Assembly: GCA_964187785.1 (NCBI GenBank)
Contig: OZ076420.1
Location: forward strand, 56,730,001-56,794,000
DNA from: Amphiscolops sp. MND2022
Lineage: Eukaryota
DNA length: 64,000 nt
Direction of reading: 5' to 3'
Shown here one piece after another: positions 49,036 through 59,857 of the stretch. How positions within the stretch are numbered: the stretch's first letter is position 1; each line of letters begins with the position of its first letter. The translations under genes were made by a program, and so were the position numbers. The notes below the pieces were generated by a model. The model had not been told where the DNA came from, did no database searches, and worked only from the letters and a program-made list of their open reading frames with translations.

Positions 49036-51259
49036 ATGCGTCCTCATGCCATTTGGGTTGTGTGTCTTATTATTATAGACATTCCTCTCTCGTGTGATCA
49101 GGTTCAATTCAGTCCTCATCTCGATGATAACCTGGAACAACCTGTCTTCGAAAAGGGTGCTGCTTTTGTATTCAAATATCAAGCAGTTACCTCTGAAAGT
49201 GAGAGTAAGGTTCGTGTATTTTCCCCTTTTCCTCAGATGTCTGCCATCAACCTCACTCGTGCCCTCTCCGATGTAGAGGCCTTTAAAACAAAACCCCGTG
49301 GCATCGGCTCCTTGTACGTTAACAAACGTTGCGAATTCACGGACTTTAACAACACTTACCCGTCAATCTAATACCTCCTCCTCTAGCAACTAGAAACGCG
49401 GGTCAGCTTTTTGCAGATGGAACTAGCAGCTGCTCAAGAGGAGGAAGTCACCTTGATGGAAGTGGCAAAGTCATTTATTCCTCCTACTCCTAATAAAGAA
49501 TGTGAACCTAAGCGCCAACGTCGTGCTAATGGGGCTATCGCTGCAATAGCAGCTGGAGCGGGAATGATTCTGGGTGAACCCGTCAAGGAAGCAGCGTGCA
49601 CCGCGCTCTCTATCTTTAATCTATGTCGCAATGATGATGCCCTGTCAAAAGATGTAGATCAGTCATGACTAAACAGACGACAATAATTGAAACACTGCAA
49701 CGTGTACAAAGTCGAAATGATAAAAACTTCTTCTTACTGGGAAATGAAATCAGGAACACCCAAGAGAGCGTGAAGAATCTCAGAGATAGTGTGGGACAAC
49801 GCTTTCAGCACATTGAATATTACTTAGATACTTGATGGGAAGAAGTCTAGATTGCGATAAAGTAATAGTAGGACATATTAACCTTTTGCAATATATTCGT
49901 AACTATATTTATCATCTGTGTACCCTGTATACTCATTTAGAAGTCATCCCGCGCCGCTTTTTACGCCTATCGTAATTGGCTCTTCACGACAATTTCATCT
50001 TTAGCTGGTGGCTACATTACACCACAGTTTCTGCTTCCGCAACAAATTACTGAAATTTTTTAAAGAGTTGACCGAAGACGAAGTTCTGCGGGGAACTAAT
50101 ATGTCTCCTGCATTCCGCCCTGGTTTTGAGGCAATATACTAAGAGATTCAAATAGTTCTCGAGATAACTCTGATACCTCGTGGCATCTCAGTGATACTGG
50201 GGATCCCGATGAATTCAACATCGTCAACATTTGATATCACTGGACCCACTGTATCAGCCCAATAACGACCAGAAAACGGCTTCTCTTTTCAGTTTCACAA
50301 ATCCTTTCCTCGCAGTCTCTACTGCCAATAGTAGATTTGCAGAGCTAGGAGCTAATAAGCTGCAACAATATTCGTGTAACAACAGAATAAAACTTTGCAG
50401 GAAGGGCATTTCTACTACCACGGATGAAACCTTGTTATTCCTGGGCTCTCTATTCTATAAATATGATATGCCAGCCCTGCGCAGTTGCAAAGTTAAATCC
50501 GTTCTGTTGCCGGATGCTCCTCAAGCCTTCTATTTGGCCGAAGAGTTGTACCACATCAGCTCTAGAGCCCCTTTTCTTCAGATAAAGAACGATAGTCGAG
50601 CTAAAGGCCTGTCTATCTCTACCATAAATTGTCAGGCTTGTGTGATGCGCCCCAGTTGTTCTAGTATTATTTCATTTATTCAAGGGGACCTCGTTTTGTA
50701 CCCAGATATGGATTTTTGTGGAAAGAATACCAAACCTTCTCTGACATCCATTGAATTAACTCCTTCACCTAATAAGGTCTTCTCGCATGTTCCATCAATT
50801 AGTACCGCTGATTTTCATGCTTATTCTCTCCGGGAAGCACGTCAACCCGTCCTAAGAATTTTACGCCTGGAACTAGCTGAGCTACCAGACGACGAACACA
50901 TGACTGAGGAAACCCTCGACAAGTTGACGCAACCAATTGCTACCTACTACTCAGCAGTCTCGCCAGCCACGTCAGCAGCCTTGGAATCTTATCTGCCCAT
51001 TCGAACAGCTATTCTTATGTCGACCCTGTCGATTACAATGTCACTGTTAACATTTTCGATAAGCCTCACGCACTTCCCACGACAGTGGCGCCGCCTCTTT
51101 ACTCATCCACAGAAGTTCTTTCGTGGTCATTCAGGACGCTTCATCTACATTGTCGACGACCAATGCTATGACTACGAACCAATTGATCCAATTTTTGCGT
51201 ATCTATGGAGCTACTATGGAGCTTCAAGCAATTATTTCCCTGGCACGAGAAACAATTAA
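49036..51259 (+). pseudogene. env: Envelope glycoprotein, class I fusion-protein-like
   Basis: Signal peptide; furin site RQRR (49513-49524) followed by ANGAIAAIAAGAGMILG; heptad region; Cys-rich region; C-terminal TM ILMSTLSITMSLLTFSISL. A few stops and frameshifts. Confidence 0.85.
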
Positions 51260-54200
51260 ACAACCTATCGCTCCTAACTCGAACTACACTACACCTAAAG
51301 CACCTTGTCTCCCCCACGTGTTTACCCGGATGTGTCAGCCCGTCAGTTTTCGGAAACAATCACTTAAATTTAACCTTCTTTCTGTCTTTCTATCAATGTC
51401 ATCATTTGTTTTATTTTCAGCAAACTAGAAACACTCAACTCAGTTGATGAAATAGGATAGGCTCTAACCTTGTTCGAAATCTCCCAACGCTTGCGTTGGT
51501 GTTAGTCTCAACACTTTCTAGTGTGTAGCCCATTCTCTTGTATACTTAATTTGAGGACGTCCCTCAACCTTGCTCACCTATTGTGTTGATCATCCAGTTA
51601 GTATGTATCTTTCTAGATCATCACGAGTATCCTAGTCTGTATTCCCTGTAGCTAGTGTAGTTAATAAGGTCAACGTCTCCTAGTTGTTGAGTATAACAAC
51701 TAGTGAACTTAATTTCCTCACTCTCGAGGTGACGTCCGTGTCGTCCGATGTCAACCCACAACGTCAAACAGTCATGATCCAAACGATTAACTCCAATGAA
51801 CGTCCTCTTGGTAAAAATGCTACCGAACTATGGTTGCCTGCCCCGTCCAAATCGACTATTGCAGCCGATGTGAACTTCGACCCAGTCCCTATGGAGTGCA
51901 ACTGTCCATCAGCAGTGCCACCCCCAGTGCACCCGGATATGGTTGATGCGACTGTGGAGGCCTCCTTAGGGCAGAACGAGAGTCTTGAGTTACTGGCAGA
52001 AGACTTCAGCTCAATACAAGAGCTCAAAAATCAACTTGAAGAAGCTCAGAAGGCGTCTGATGTCACGTTTTCAGTTTCACAAATCCTTTCCTTGCAGTCT
52101 CTACTGCCAATAGTAGATTTGCAGAGCTAGGAGCTAATAAGCTGCAACAATATTCGTGTAACAACAGAATAAAACATTGCAGGAAGGGCATTTCTACTAC
52201 CACGGATGAAACCTTGTTATTCCTGGGCTCTCTATTCTATAAATATGATATGCCAGCCCTGCGCAGTTGCAAAGTTAAATCCGTTCTGTTGCCGGATGCT
52301 CCTCAAGCCTTCTATTTGGCCGAAGAGTTGTACCACATCAGCTCTAGAGCCCCTTTTCTTCAGATAAAGAACGATAGTCGAGCTAAAGGCCTGTCAATCT
52401 CTACCATAAATTGTCAGGCTTGTGTGATGCGCCCCAGTTGTTCTAGTATTATTTCATTTATTCAAGGGGACCTCGTTTTGTACCCAGATATGGATTTTTG
52501 TGGAAAGAATACCAAACCTTCTCTGACATCCATTGAATTAACTCCTTCACCTAATAAGGTCTTCTCGCATGTTCCATCAATTAGTACCGCTGATTTTCAT
52601 GCTTATTCTCTCCGGGAAGCACGTCAACCCGTCCTAAGAATTTTACGCCTGGAACTAGCTGAGCTACCAGACGACGAACACATGACTGAGGAAACCCTCG
52701 ACAAGTTGACGCAACCAATTGCTACCTACTACTCAGCAGTCTCGCCAGCCACGTCAGCAGCCTTGGAATCTTATCTGCCCATTCGAACAGCTATTCTTAT
52801 GTCGACCCTGTCGATTACAATGTCACTGTTAACATTTTCGATAAGCTTCACGCACTTCCCACGACAGTGGCGCCGCCTCTTTACTCATCCACAGAAGTTC
52901 TTTCGTGGTCATTCAGGACGCTTCATCTACATTGTCGACGACCAATGCTATGACTACGAACCAATTGATCCAATTTTTGCGTATCTATGGAGCTACTATG
53001 GAGCTTCAAGCAATTATTTCCCTGGCACGAGAAACAATTAAACAACCTATCGCTCCTAACTCGAACTACACTACACCTAAAGCACCTTGTCTCCCCCACG
53101 TGTTTACCCGGATGTGTCAGCCCGTCAGTTTTCGGAAACAATCACTTAAATTTAACCTTCTTTCTGTCTTTCTATCAATGTCATCATTTGTTTTATTTTC
53201 AGCAAACTAGAAACACTCAACTCAGTTGATGAAATAGGATAGGCTCTAACTTTGTTCGAAATCTCCCAACGCTTGCGTTGGTGTTAGTCTCAACACTTTC
53301 TAGTGTGTAGCCCATTCTCTTGTATACTTAATTTGAGGACGTCCCTCAACCTTGCTCACCTATTGTGTTGATCATCCAGTTAGTATGTATCTTTCTAGAT
53401 CATCACGAGTATCCTAGTCTGTATTCCCTGTAGCTAGTGTAGTTAATAAGGTCAACGTCTCCTAGTTGTTGAGTATAACAACTAGTGAACTTAATTTCCT
53501 CACTCTCGAGGTGACGTCCGTGTCGTCCGATGTCAACCCACAACGTCAAACAGTCATGATCCAAACGATTAACTCCAATGAACGTCCTCTTGGTAAAAAT
53601 GCTACCGAACTATGGTTGCCTGCCCCGTCCAAATCGACTATTGCAGCCGATGTGAACTTCCACCCAGTCCCTATGGAGTGCAACTGTCCATCAGCAGTGC
53701 CACCCCCAGTGCACCCGGATATGGTTGATGCGACTGTGGAGGCCTCCTTAGGGCAGAACGAGAGTCTTGAGTTACTGGCAGAAGACTTCAGCTCAATACA
53801 AGAGCTCAAAAATCAACTTGAAGAAGCTCAGAAGGCGTCTGATGTCACGTTTTCAGTTTCACAAGTCCTTTCCTTGCAGTCTCCACTGCCAATAGTAGAT
53901 TTGCAGAGCTAGGAGCTAATAAGCTGCAACAATATTCGTGTAACAACAGAATAAAACTTTGCAGGAAGGGCTTTTCTACTACCACGGATGAAACCTTGTT
54001 ATTCCTGGGCTCTCTATTCTATAACTATGATATGCCAGCCCTGCGCAGTTGCAAAGTTAAATCCGTTCTGTTGCCGGATGCTCCTCAAGCCTTCTATTTG
54101 GCCGTAGATTTGTACCACATCAGCTCTAGAGCCCCTTTTCTTCAGATAAAGAACGATAGTCGAGCTAAAGGCCTGTCTATCTCTACCATAATTTGTCAGG

Positions 54201-55290
54201 CTTGTGTGATGCGCCCCAGTTGTTCTAGTATTATTTCATTTATTCAAGGGGACCTCGTTTTGTACCCAGATATGGATTTTTGTGGAAAGAATACCAAACC
54301 TTCTCTGACATCCATTGAATTAACTCCTTCACCTAATAAGGTCTTCTCGCATGTCCCATCAATTAGTACCGCTGATTTTCATGCTTATTCTCTCCGGGAA
54401 GCACGTCAACCCGTCCTAAGAATTTTACGCCTGGAACTAGCTGAGCTACCAGACGACGAACACATGACTGAGGAAACCCTCGACAAGTTGACGCAACCAA
54501 TTGCTACCTACTACTCAGCAGTCTCGCCAGCCACGTCAGCAGCCTTGGAATCTTATCTGCCCATTCGAACAGCTATTCTTATGTCGACCCTGTTGATTAC
54601 AATGTCACTGTTAACATTTTCGATAAGCTTCACGCACTTCCGACGACAGTGGCGCCGCCTCTTTACTCATCCACAGAAGTTCTTTCGTGGTCATTCAGGA
54701 CGCTTCATCTACATTGTCGACAACCAATGCTATGACTACGAACCAATTGATCCAATTTTTGCGTATCTATGGAGCTACTATGGAGCTTCAAGCAATTATT
54801 TCCCTGGCACGAGAAACAATTAAATAACCTATCGCTCCTAACTCGAACTACACTACACCTAAAGCACCTTGTCTCCCCCACGTGTTTACCCGGATGTGTC
54901 AGCCCGTCAGTTTTCGGAAACAACCACTTAAATTTAACCTTCTTTCTGTCTTTCTATCAATGTCATCATTTGTTTTATTTTCAGCAAACTAGAAACACTC
55001 AACTCAGTTGATGAAATAGGATAGGCTCTAACTTTGTTCGAAATCTCCCAACGCTTGCGTTGGTGTTAGTCTCAACACTTTCTAGTGTGTAGCCCATTCT
55101 CTTGTATACTTAATTTGAGGACGTCCCTCAACCTTGCTCACCTATTGTGTTGATCATCCAGTTAGTATGTATCTTTCTAGATCATCACGAGTATCCTAGT
55201 CTGTATTCCCTGTAGCTACTGTAGTTAATAAGGTCAACGTCTCCTAGTTGTTGAGTATAACAACTAGTGAACTTAATTTCCTCACTCTAG
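50286..55290. repeat. 1782-bp tandem triplication (env 3' half, spacer, fragment of the post-env ORF)
   Basis: ttttcagtttcacaa at 50286, 52068 and 53850 (offsets 1782, 1782); scattered SNPs between copies. Confidence 0.95.
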
Positions 55291-55472
55291 AGGTATCCTA
55301 GTTGTGTCACAACCTCAGCTAGTGTAGTGAAACAAAAGTCCCAGTTCCCCAGTTGTATCTCCAACGCAACTGGTGTGTCAACGCCGAAAGTCACTCGTAC
55401 GCTCTATCAGCCCAACGTCTCGAGCGTTATTCAAATACATCTTCTCAACTATATCTAAACACATGCACCCTT

Positions 55473-56491
55473 ATGGCAGGCGTTTTTAATGATCTGTTTT
55501 GTTACAGGTACAAATTTGACGTCGAGGTCGTGCCTCCAGCTCCATTGCTGCTCTCGGATGGGCGGGTACACTATCTGGCCCGTGCTCACACCGTCCGTAT
55601 GTTAGATGTAATGGACTACCGTGTCATCCGATGTAACCCACAACGCCAAACAGTCATGATCCAAACGATTAACTCCAATGAACGTCCTCTTGGTAAAAAT
55701 GCTACCGAACTATGGTTGCCTGCCCCGTCCAAATCGACTATTGCAGCCGATTTGAACTTCGATCCAGTCCCTATGGAGTGCAACTGTCCATCACCAGTGC
55801 CACCCCCAGTGCACCCGGATATGGTTGATGCGACTGTGGAGGCCTCCTTAGGGCAGGACGAGAGTCTTGAGTTACTGGCAGAAGAGTTCAGCTCAGTACA
55901 AGAGCTCAAAAATCAACTTGAAGAAGCTCAGAAGGCGTCTGAAGTCACGTTCAAACTGATGCAAGCAAGTGTAGAGATAGGTAGTCAACGGGCGGAGCGC
56001 ATTACGGCTCTGTACCAAGAAATAGGCGGTTTGAAATCCCGATTGAAAACCCTTACGGAAGAAAACGAGTCGCTACTCCACCACTCATTGAAGCAGAGTG
56101 ATGAACTAAGCACCTTACGACTGGAAACAGCGGCCGCCAGCAATCATCAGTTAACCGCCAAAATGCTTTGTTACCAGATGTCTACCTACCGCCCTCAGTG
56201 GACTACGTTGACAACAACCTCGTGTTCTATCTCCTGTGTAGACCGCCAACCTCAACAACTGACGAATTGAAGGAAAATGCCCGCCACTTGCTGCGGTTGA
56301 TCCACCCGGACAAAAACCCCACTGTCTCCCCAGCGGTCGCCAAACTGGTGCAGACGATCACAGAAGCTCGTAATATACTGATAGACAAGACTCTCAACAG
56401 GATTTATCAGTGTTGTGGGATTCGAGGTGTCCGACGTGCGCAAAAGGGCCTAAGGACTTGCATGGACTGCGACCCGCATGTCCGCGAATAG
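55473..56491 (+). pseudogene. Post-env accessory ORF: Pro-rich region, coiled coil, then DnaJ (J) domain; one frameshift near 56160
   Basis: ELKNQLEEAQK..LKSRLKTLTEENESL coiled coil. TTDELKENARHLLRLIHPDKNP...ITEARNIL.D...R.Y..G follows the J-domain helix pattern, with HPD at 56303-56311. C-terminal CxxC. Confidence 0.8.
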
Positions 56492-56522
56492 CTGTCCTCT
56501 TAGTTGCGTGGACGCAACCTTC

Positions 56523-56536
56523 AAGAGAGGGGGTGG
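56523..56536 (+). promoter_or_regulatory. Polypurine tract
   Basis: aagagagggggtgg immediately before TGTAGCG; preceded by hairpin gttgcg-tgga-cgcaac. Confidence 0.85.
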
Positions 56537-56629
56537 TGTAGCGAGCGAGGCACCGCTATAGGAGGAGCGAAAGGCGAATAAAAGAGCAGATGCAAACTGG
56601 GAAATTAAATTGTTAAACAGCTCGCTATT
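56537..56629 (+). repeat. 3' LTR remnant (very short or internally deleted)
   Basis: Starts TGTAGCGAG, has AATAAA near 56577, and ends ctcgcta (inverse of the start) at 56621-56627. Confidence 0.6.
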
Positions 56630-56939
56630 TATTATTTCTTAGCACAAGTTGTTTATCATTTATTGTTCTCGAGAGTTCTCGAGAGAGCAATATAATGGTT
56701 TTAAAATATTAATGCCCTTTTGTGCAGCTTAACAGCAGCACTTCAGTCATACTGTGTGTGTATTATTAATTAACTTGAGGCGCTTTTTAAATTTATATAA
56801 AAGACTTATTAAAGAAAGAATGAAAATTGGAGACAAATTTCCTCCTCACTCCTTACTGGTGCAGATTCTCTGCCTGCATTCCCCTGCTGTGCAATATAAT
56901 TAAAAAAGATGCAGATTCAACAAAAAATATTTAGACGAA

Positions 56940-57560
56940 TTTTAAAAGGAAGTTTAAATTCATTCAATTCCTCAGCTACTGAAATGTAAGTTTGTTTGTA
57001 ATTTGTAACTAAAAGTAAAATCCTAAAGTTGTTCTAAGCCGAATTTTTCTTAACAATTTTGTTATCATAAATTGACTAAATTTACTTTTAAATTTCTTTT
57101 CTCAAGAAATTTATAGAGAAAACCTAAGAACCAAAAACACCCACAATCGCCCCTACGCATTCAAAATTCCAATAAAATTGATTGAGATATATACAAAGAA
57201 AGGCGATTGTCAAATACTAAAACTTTAAAACCGAAAACGAGTTTGAGAAAAACACTCGATCATACACAACCCTAACCGCTGAGATGTAAGTTGCTTTCTA
57301 TAACATAAATTTTCATCTTAAAGTTTATCTTAAGTCGTCTAACTAAACTGTTAATTTCTTAAATCTATTTGTTTCACTAAAGATAACTAAACTTTTTCTT
57401 CGTCATAGATTGACTATCTCTTTTTCAAAGAAAAATTTTTCAAAAATTTTACAGAGGTAACCCAGCTACCAACACACCAGCAATCGCCCTGCGCATTCGA
57501 GCCATAGCAAAACAAACAAAAGTATTGAACTAATAAAACAAACGATTGTCAAACACCTTT
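56940..57560. repeat. Old degenerate duplication of about 310-335 bp
   Basis: ctga.atgtaagtt near 56979 and 57280; caatcgccc.t.cgcattc near 57146 and 57481; cgattgtcaaa near 57204 and 57544. Confidence 0.5.
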
Positions 57561-58147
57561 ATCTTCAATCATATTCAATACTTGAACTCATTTCGCTTCC
57601 CAATGTTTTATTTTGTAAATCACCGACAACGCTTTTCTTTCTATTCTAGATTCTTCGATCGTGAATGAATCGCTATTTCTACGAAACAAGGTCAACCGCC
57701 ATAGTGGATTATGTCGACATATCTTGCAAAACTGAATTGTTCTAGGTGTGAAAACTTTTGAAACAGTTTTTTAGGCGAAAAGTCGGTAATGTTGCAAATA
57801 AAACCAGCGTTGATTTCCTGTTTTCAGTTTTTCAATATGAAAAATATTCTGTAAAACCTTTTCAGAACAGAAATAATTTTGAACTTAATCTCGAAATGAC
57901 TCTTCGAGTAAATCACTTCGTTGCAAGACTCCAGCTAGAGCTGTATCGAGATCTTTGTAAATTTTTGGGGCCATCTTTCTCAAAGACTCTCCTTTTTTGA
58001 GATCCTTTTCTCTCAATTTCAATCATTCGCAGTCCTTTTTCATTAAATTTTGCTCACTTTCCCTGAATGTCTTTTTTACAAAGATAGAAAGGCAACGATT
58101 TCCCCAGAAATTCACAGCGAGGAGGTCAAACTAATAACTTTAACCGG

Positions 58148-59053
58148 TCAAGCAATATGAGAAGCAGCTGCCAGTTTGGGAATCTGTGACTTCAAGGATC
58201 CCTTCCGTTTGTACTCAAACGACTCCCGCTTCAACTGCTGGCTGAGTGACTCTGAGCTTTTGGCCTTGGCTGCGTTGTCCAGAGATGCCGGAATCTCTGC
58301 TGGCTCCTTGCTGTCTCTGGGTCTGGGAATTCCAGACTTCGCAATCATTTTTGGAATTCCGCTGGCAGAATTGGATGATTTCAAATAGTAGCCACAGTTG
58401 CTGGATGCTGCATTGCCACAACTTTCTTGGTTTTCTCCGGGCTTGTTGGCTAGACTGGCGTTTTGTGACTTGATAACAGTAGTTGAACTTTGGGGAGAAG
58501 GTGCAACTGATAAAGGCGCGAAAGCTTTTGTGGGTGACTTTTTCTCAACGGGAGAATCGAAGGAATTCCCAGAAGGAGGTAATTTGGGAATTTTACTGTG
58601 CCGCCTTTCTGGAATTCGGGAAACTGGTGGACTTTTTCCGGGAATTTCAGGAGTTTTGTTGGCACTACGATTAACATTCCTATCATTATTGTTGTTGTTG
58701 TTTTCACTTGGTTCTGATTGGGTTTCGGAATGAATTCCAGAGGGCTTTTTATCAATTGTCGATGATGTAACACCATTTGGGGCATCTTTTGTAACTTCTC
58801 CAGAGGATTTCTGAGATGAATGAGGAGATGAATGTTTGTAGTCGCACTGATTTTCGTGATTTGAAGTAACATGATTTGAGTTTATTTGATGATGATCAGA
58901 TTTGGTTTCAAGGGCGGGTTGTGATTGTATCAAAATCTGCTCCTCTCCACATGCACCGTTCTGTTCTATGTTTTTCTCTCCTAGTAAAAGCGACACTCCG
59001 TTCGTTAGTTGGACGTTAGTTTCATCCACACAATTCACCGCAAGGTCATTGTC
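58148..59053 (-). CDS. Terminal coding exon of a host gene; disordered Ser/Pro/Lys/Asn-rich tail with five SxIP motifs (EB1-binding +TIP candidate)
   Basis: Open frame from acceptor (ctttcatcatttcttttAG on minus, exon start 59053) to stop at 58148; SRIP, SKIP, SGIP, SGIP, SQIP. Confidence 0.8.
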   Translation of the reverse strand, partial: DNDLAVNCVDETNVQLTNGVSLLLGEKNIEQNGACGEEQILIQSQPALETKSDHHQINSNHVTSNHENQCDYKHSSPHSSQKSSGEVTKDAPNGVTSSTIDKKPSGIHSETQSEPSENNNNNNDRNVNRSANKTPEIPGKSPPVSRIPERRHSKIPKLPPSGNSFDSPVEKKSPTKAFAPLSVAPSPQSSTTVIKSQNASLANKPGENQESCGNAASSNCGYYLKSSNSASGIPKMIAKSGIPRPRDSKEPAEIPASLDNAAKAKSSESLSQQLKRESFEYKRKGSLKSQIPKLAAASHIA

Positions 59054-59142
59054 CTAAAAGAAATGATGAAAGTGAAGCAGAAGAATTTAGAGATGAATTT
59101 GTCGCAACGAATATGGTGCCGTGCATTGTAGCAATCTAACTA

Positions 59143-59857
59143 CCCTGGTTGAGAATGAATGCATACCTTGCAAGGATCTTGCAAGAACCTTGCAAAAAAC
59201 ACATGCCTTACAAGATCTTGCAAGGAAATTTTTGAATTCTTGAATTCAAGGTTCTTGAATTCAAGGTCTTGAATTCAAGGTATTTCATACTGAGACATTG
59301 TTATAACGTAGTCATGATTTCAGTATAATGTCAAAAACGTTAATAACTATTGTTTCATTAGGGCTATTTAACAAATTGAAACAATTTCATTGAATAAATT
59401 ATGCATGGCCTAAGTTTAACTCATTAACCAGTACATAACACTAGTTATCCGAAAAAAATTTCAAAATTCTTTGAAACTGTATTTTCAATGTTCCGTCACT
59501 GAAATATATTATTACTATTTCCATAACTTCGCCAAGATCACACTTCTAGATGGTTTCTAGAGTTTGCAGCTTTTTGGTTGTTGAATCTCCGAGTAAATAA
59601 TCGCAGCTTCTGATATCAATCTGATAGTCACGATGCTGTAGTCAATTTGAAACTAATAAACAATAAATATAACAAATAAACATTTTAATGTCAAGAATAA
59701 TTTCATGAAATTTTCCTCCTTGAAAGAATCTTTCAAGGAAATTTTTCCGTTGCAAGATACTTGCAAGATGTCTTGCAGAAAAATACATTAACTTGCAAGA
59801 TCTTGCAAGAAAATCTTGCAAGATCCTTGTAAGGAATGCATATTTTTCCAACCAGGG
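59143..59857. mobile_element. MITE with TIRs and probable TA target duplication, in the host intron
   Basis: TA|ccctggttgagaatgaatgcataccttgcaaggatcttgcaaga ... tcttgcaagatccttgtaaggaatgcatatttttccaaccaggg|TA; internal CTTGCAAG and CTTGAATTCAAG palindromes. Confidence 0.85.

Larger units (their letters stand above)
45400..56629 (+). mobile_element. Ty3/Gypsy (Metaviridae) env-bearing LTR retroelement, 5'-truncated (no gag, protease or 5' LTR found)
   Basis: RT-RNaseH-integrase order, GPY/F module, env, polypurine tract and TG-starting LTR. Confidence 0.93.

Noticed and set aside
51420-51730. Thrice-repeated non-coding block as LTRs
   Set aside because: It is part of the 1782-bp triplication. 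The PPT and TG start lie at 56523-56537.
51684-53912. ORFs 51684-52130 and 53466-53912 as genes
   Set aside because: Chimeric frames created by the duplication junctions.
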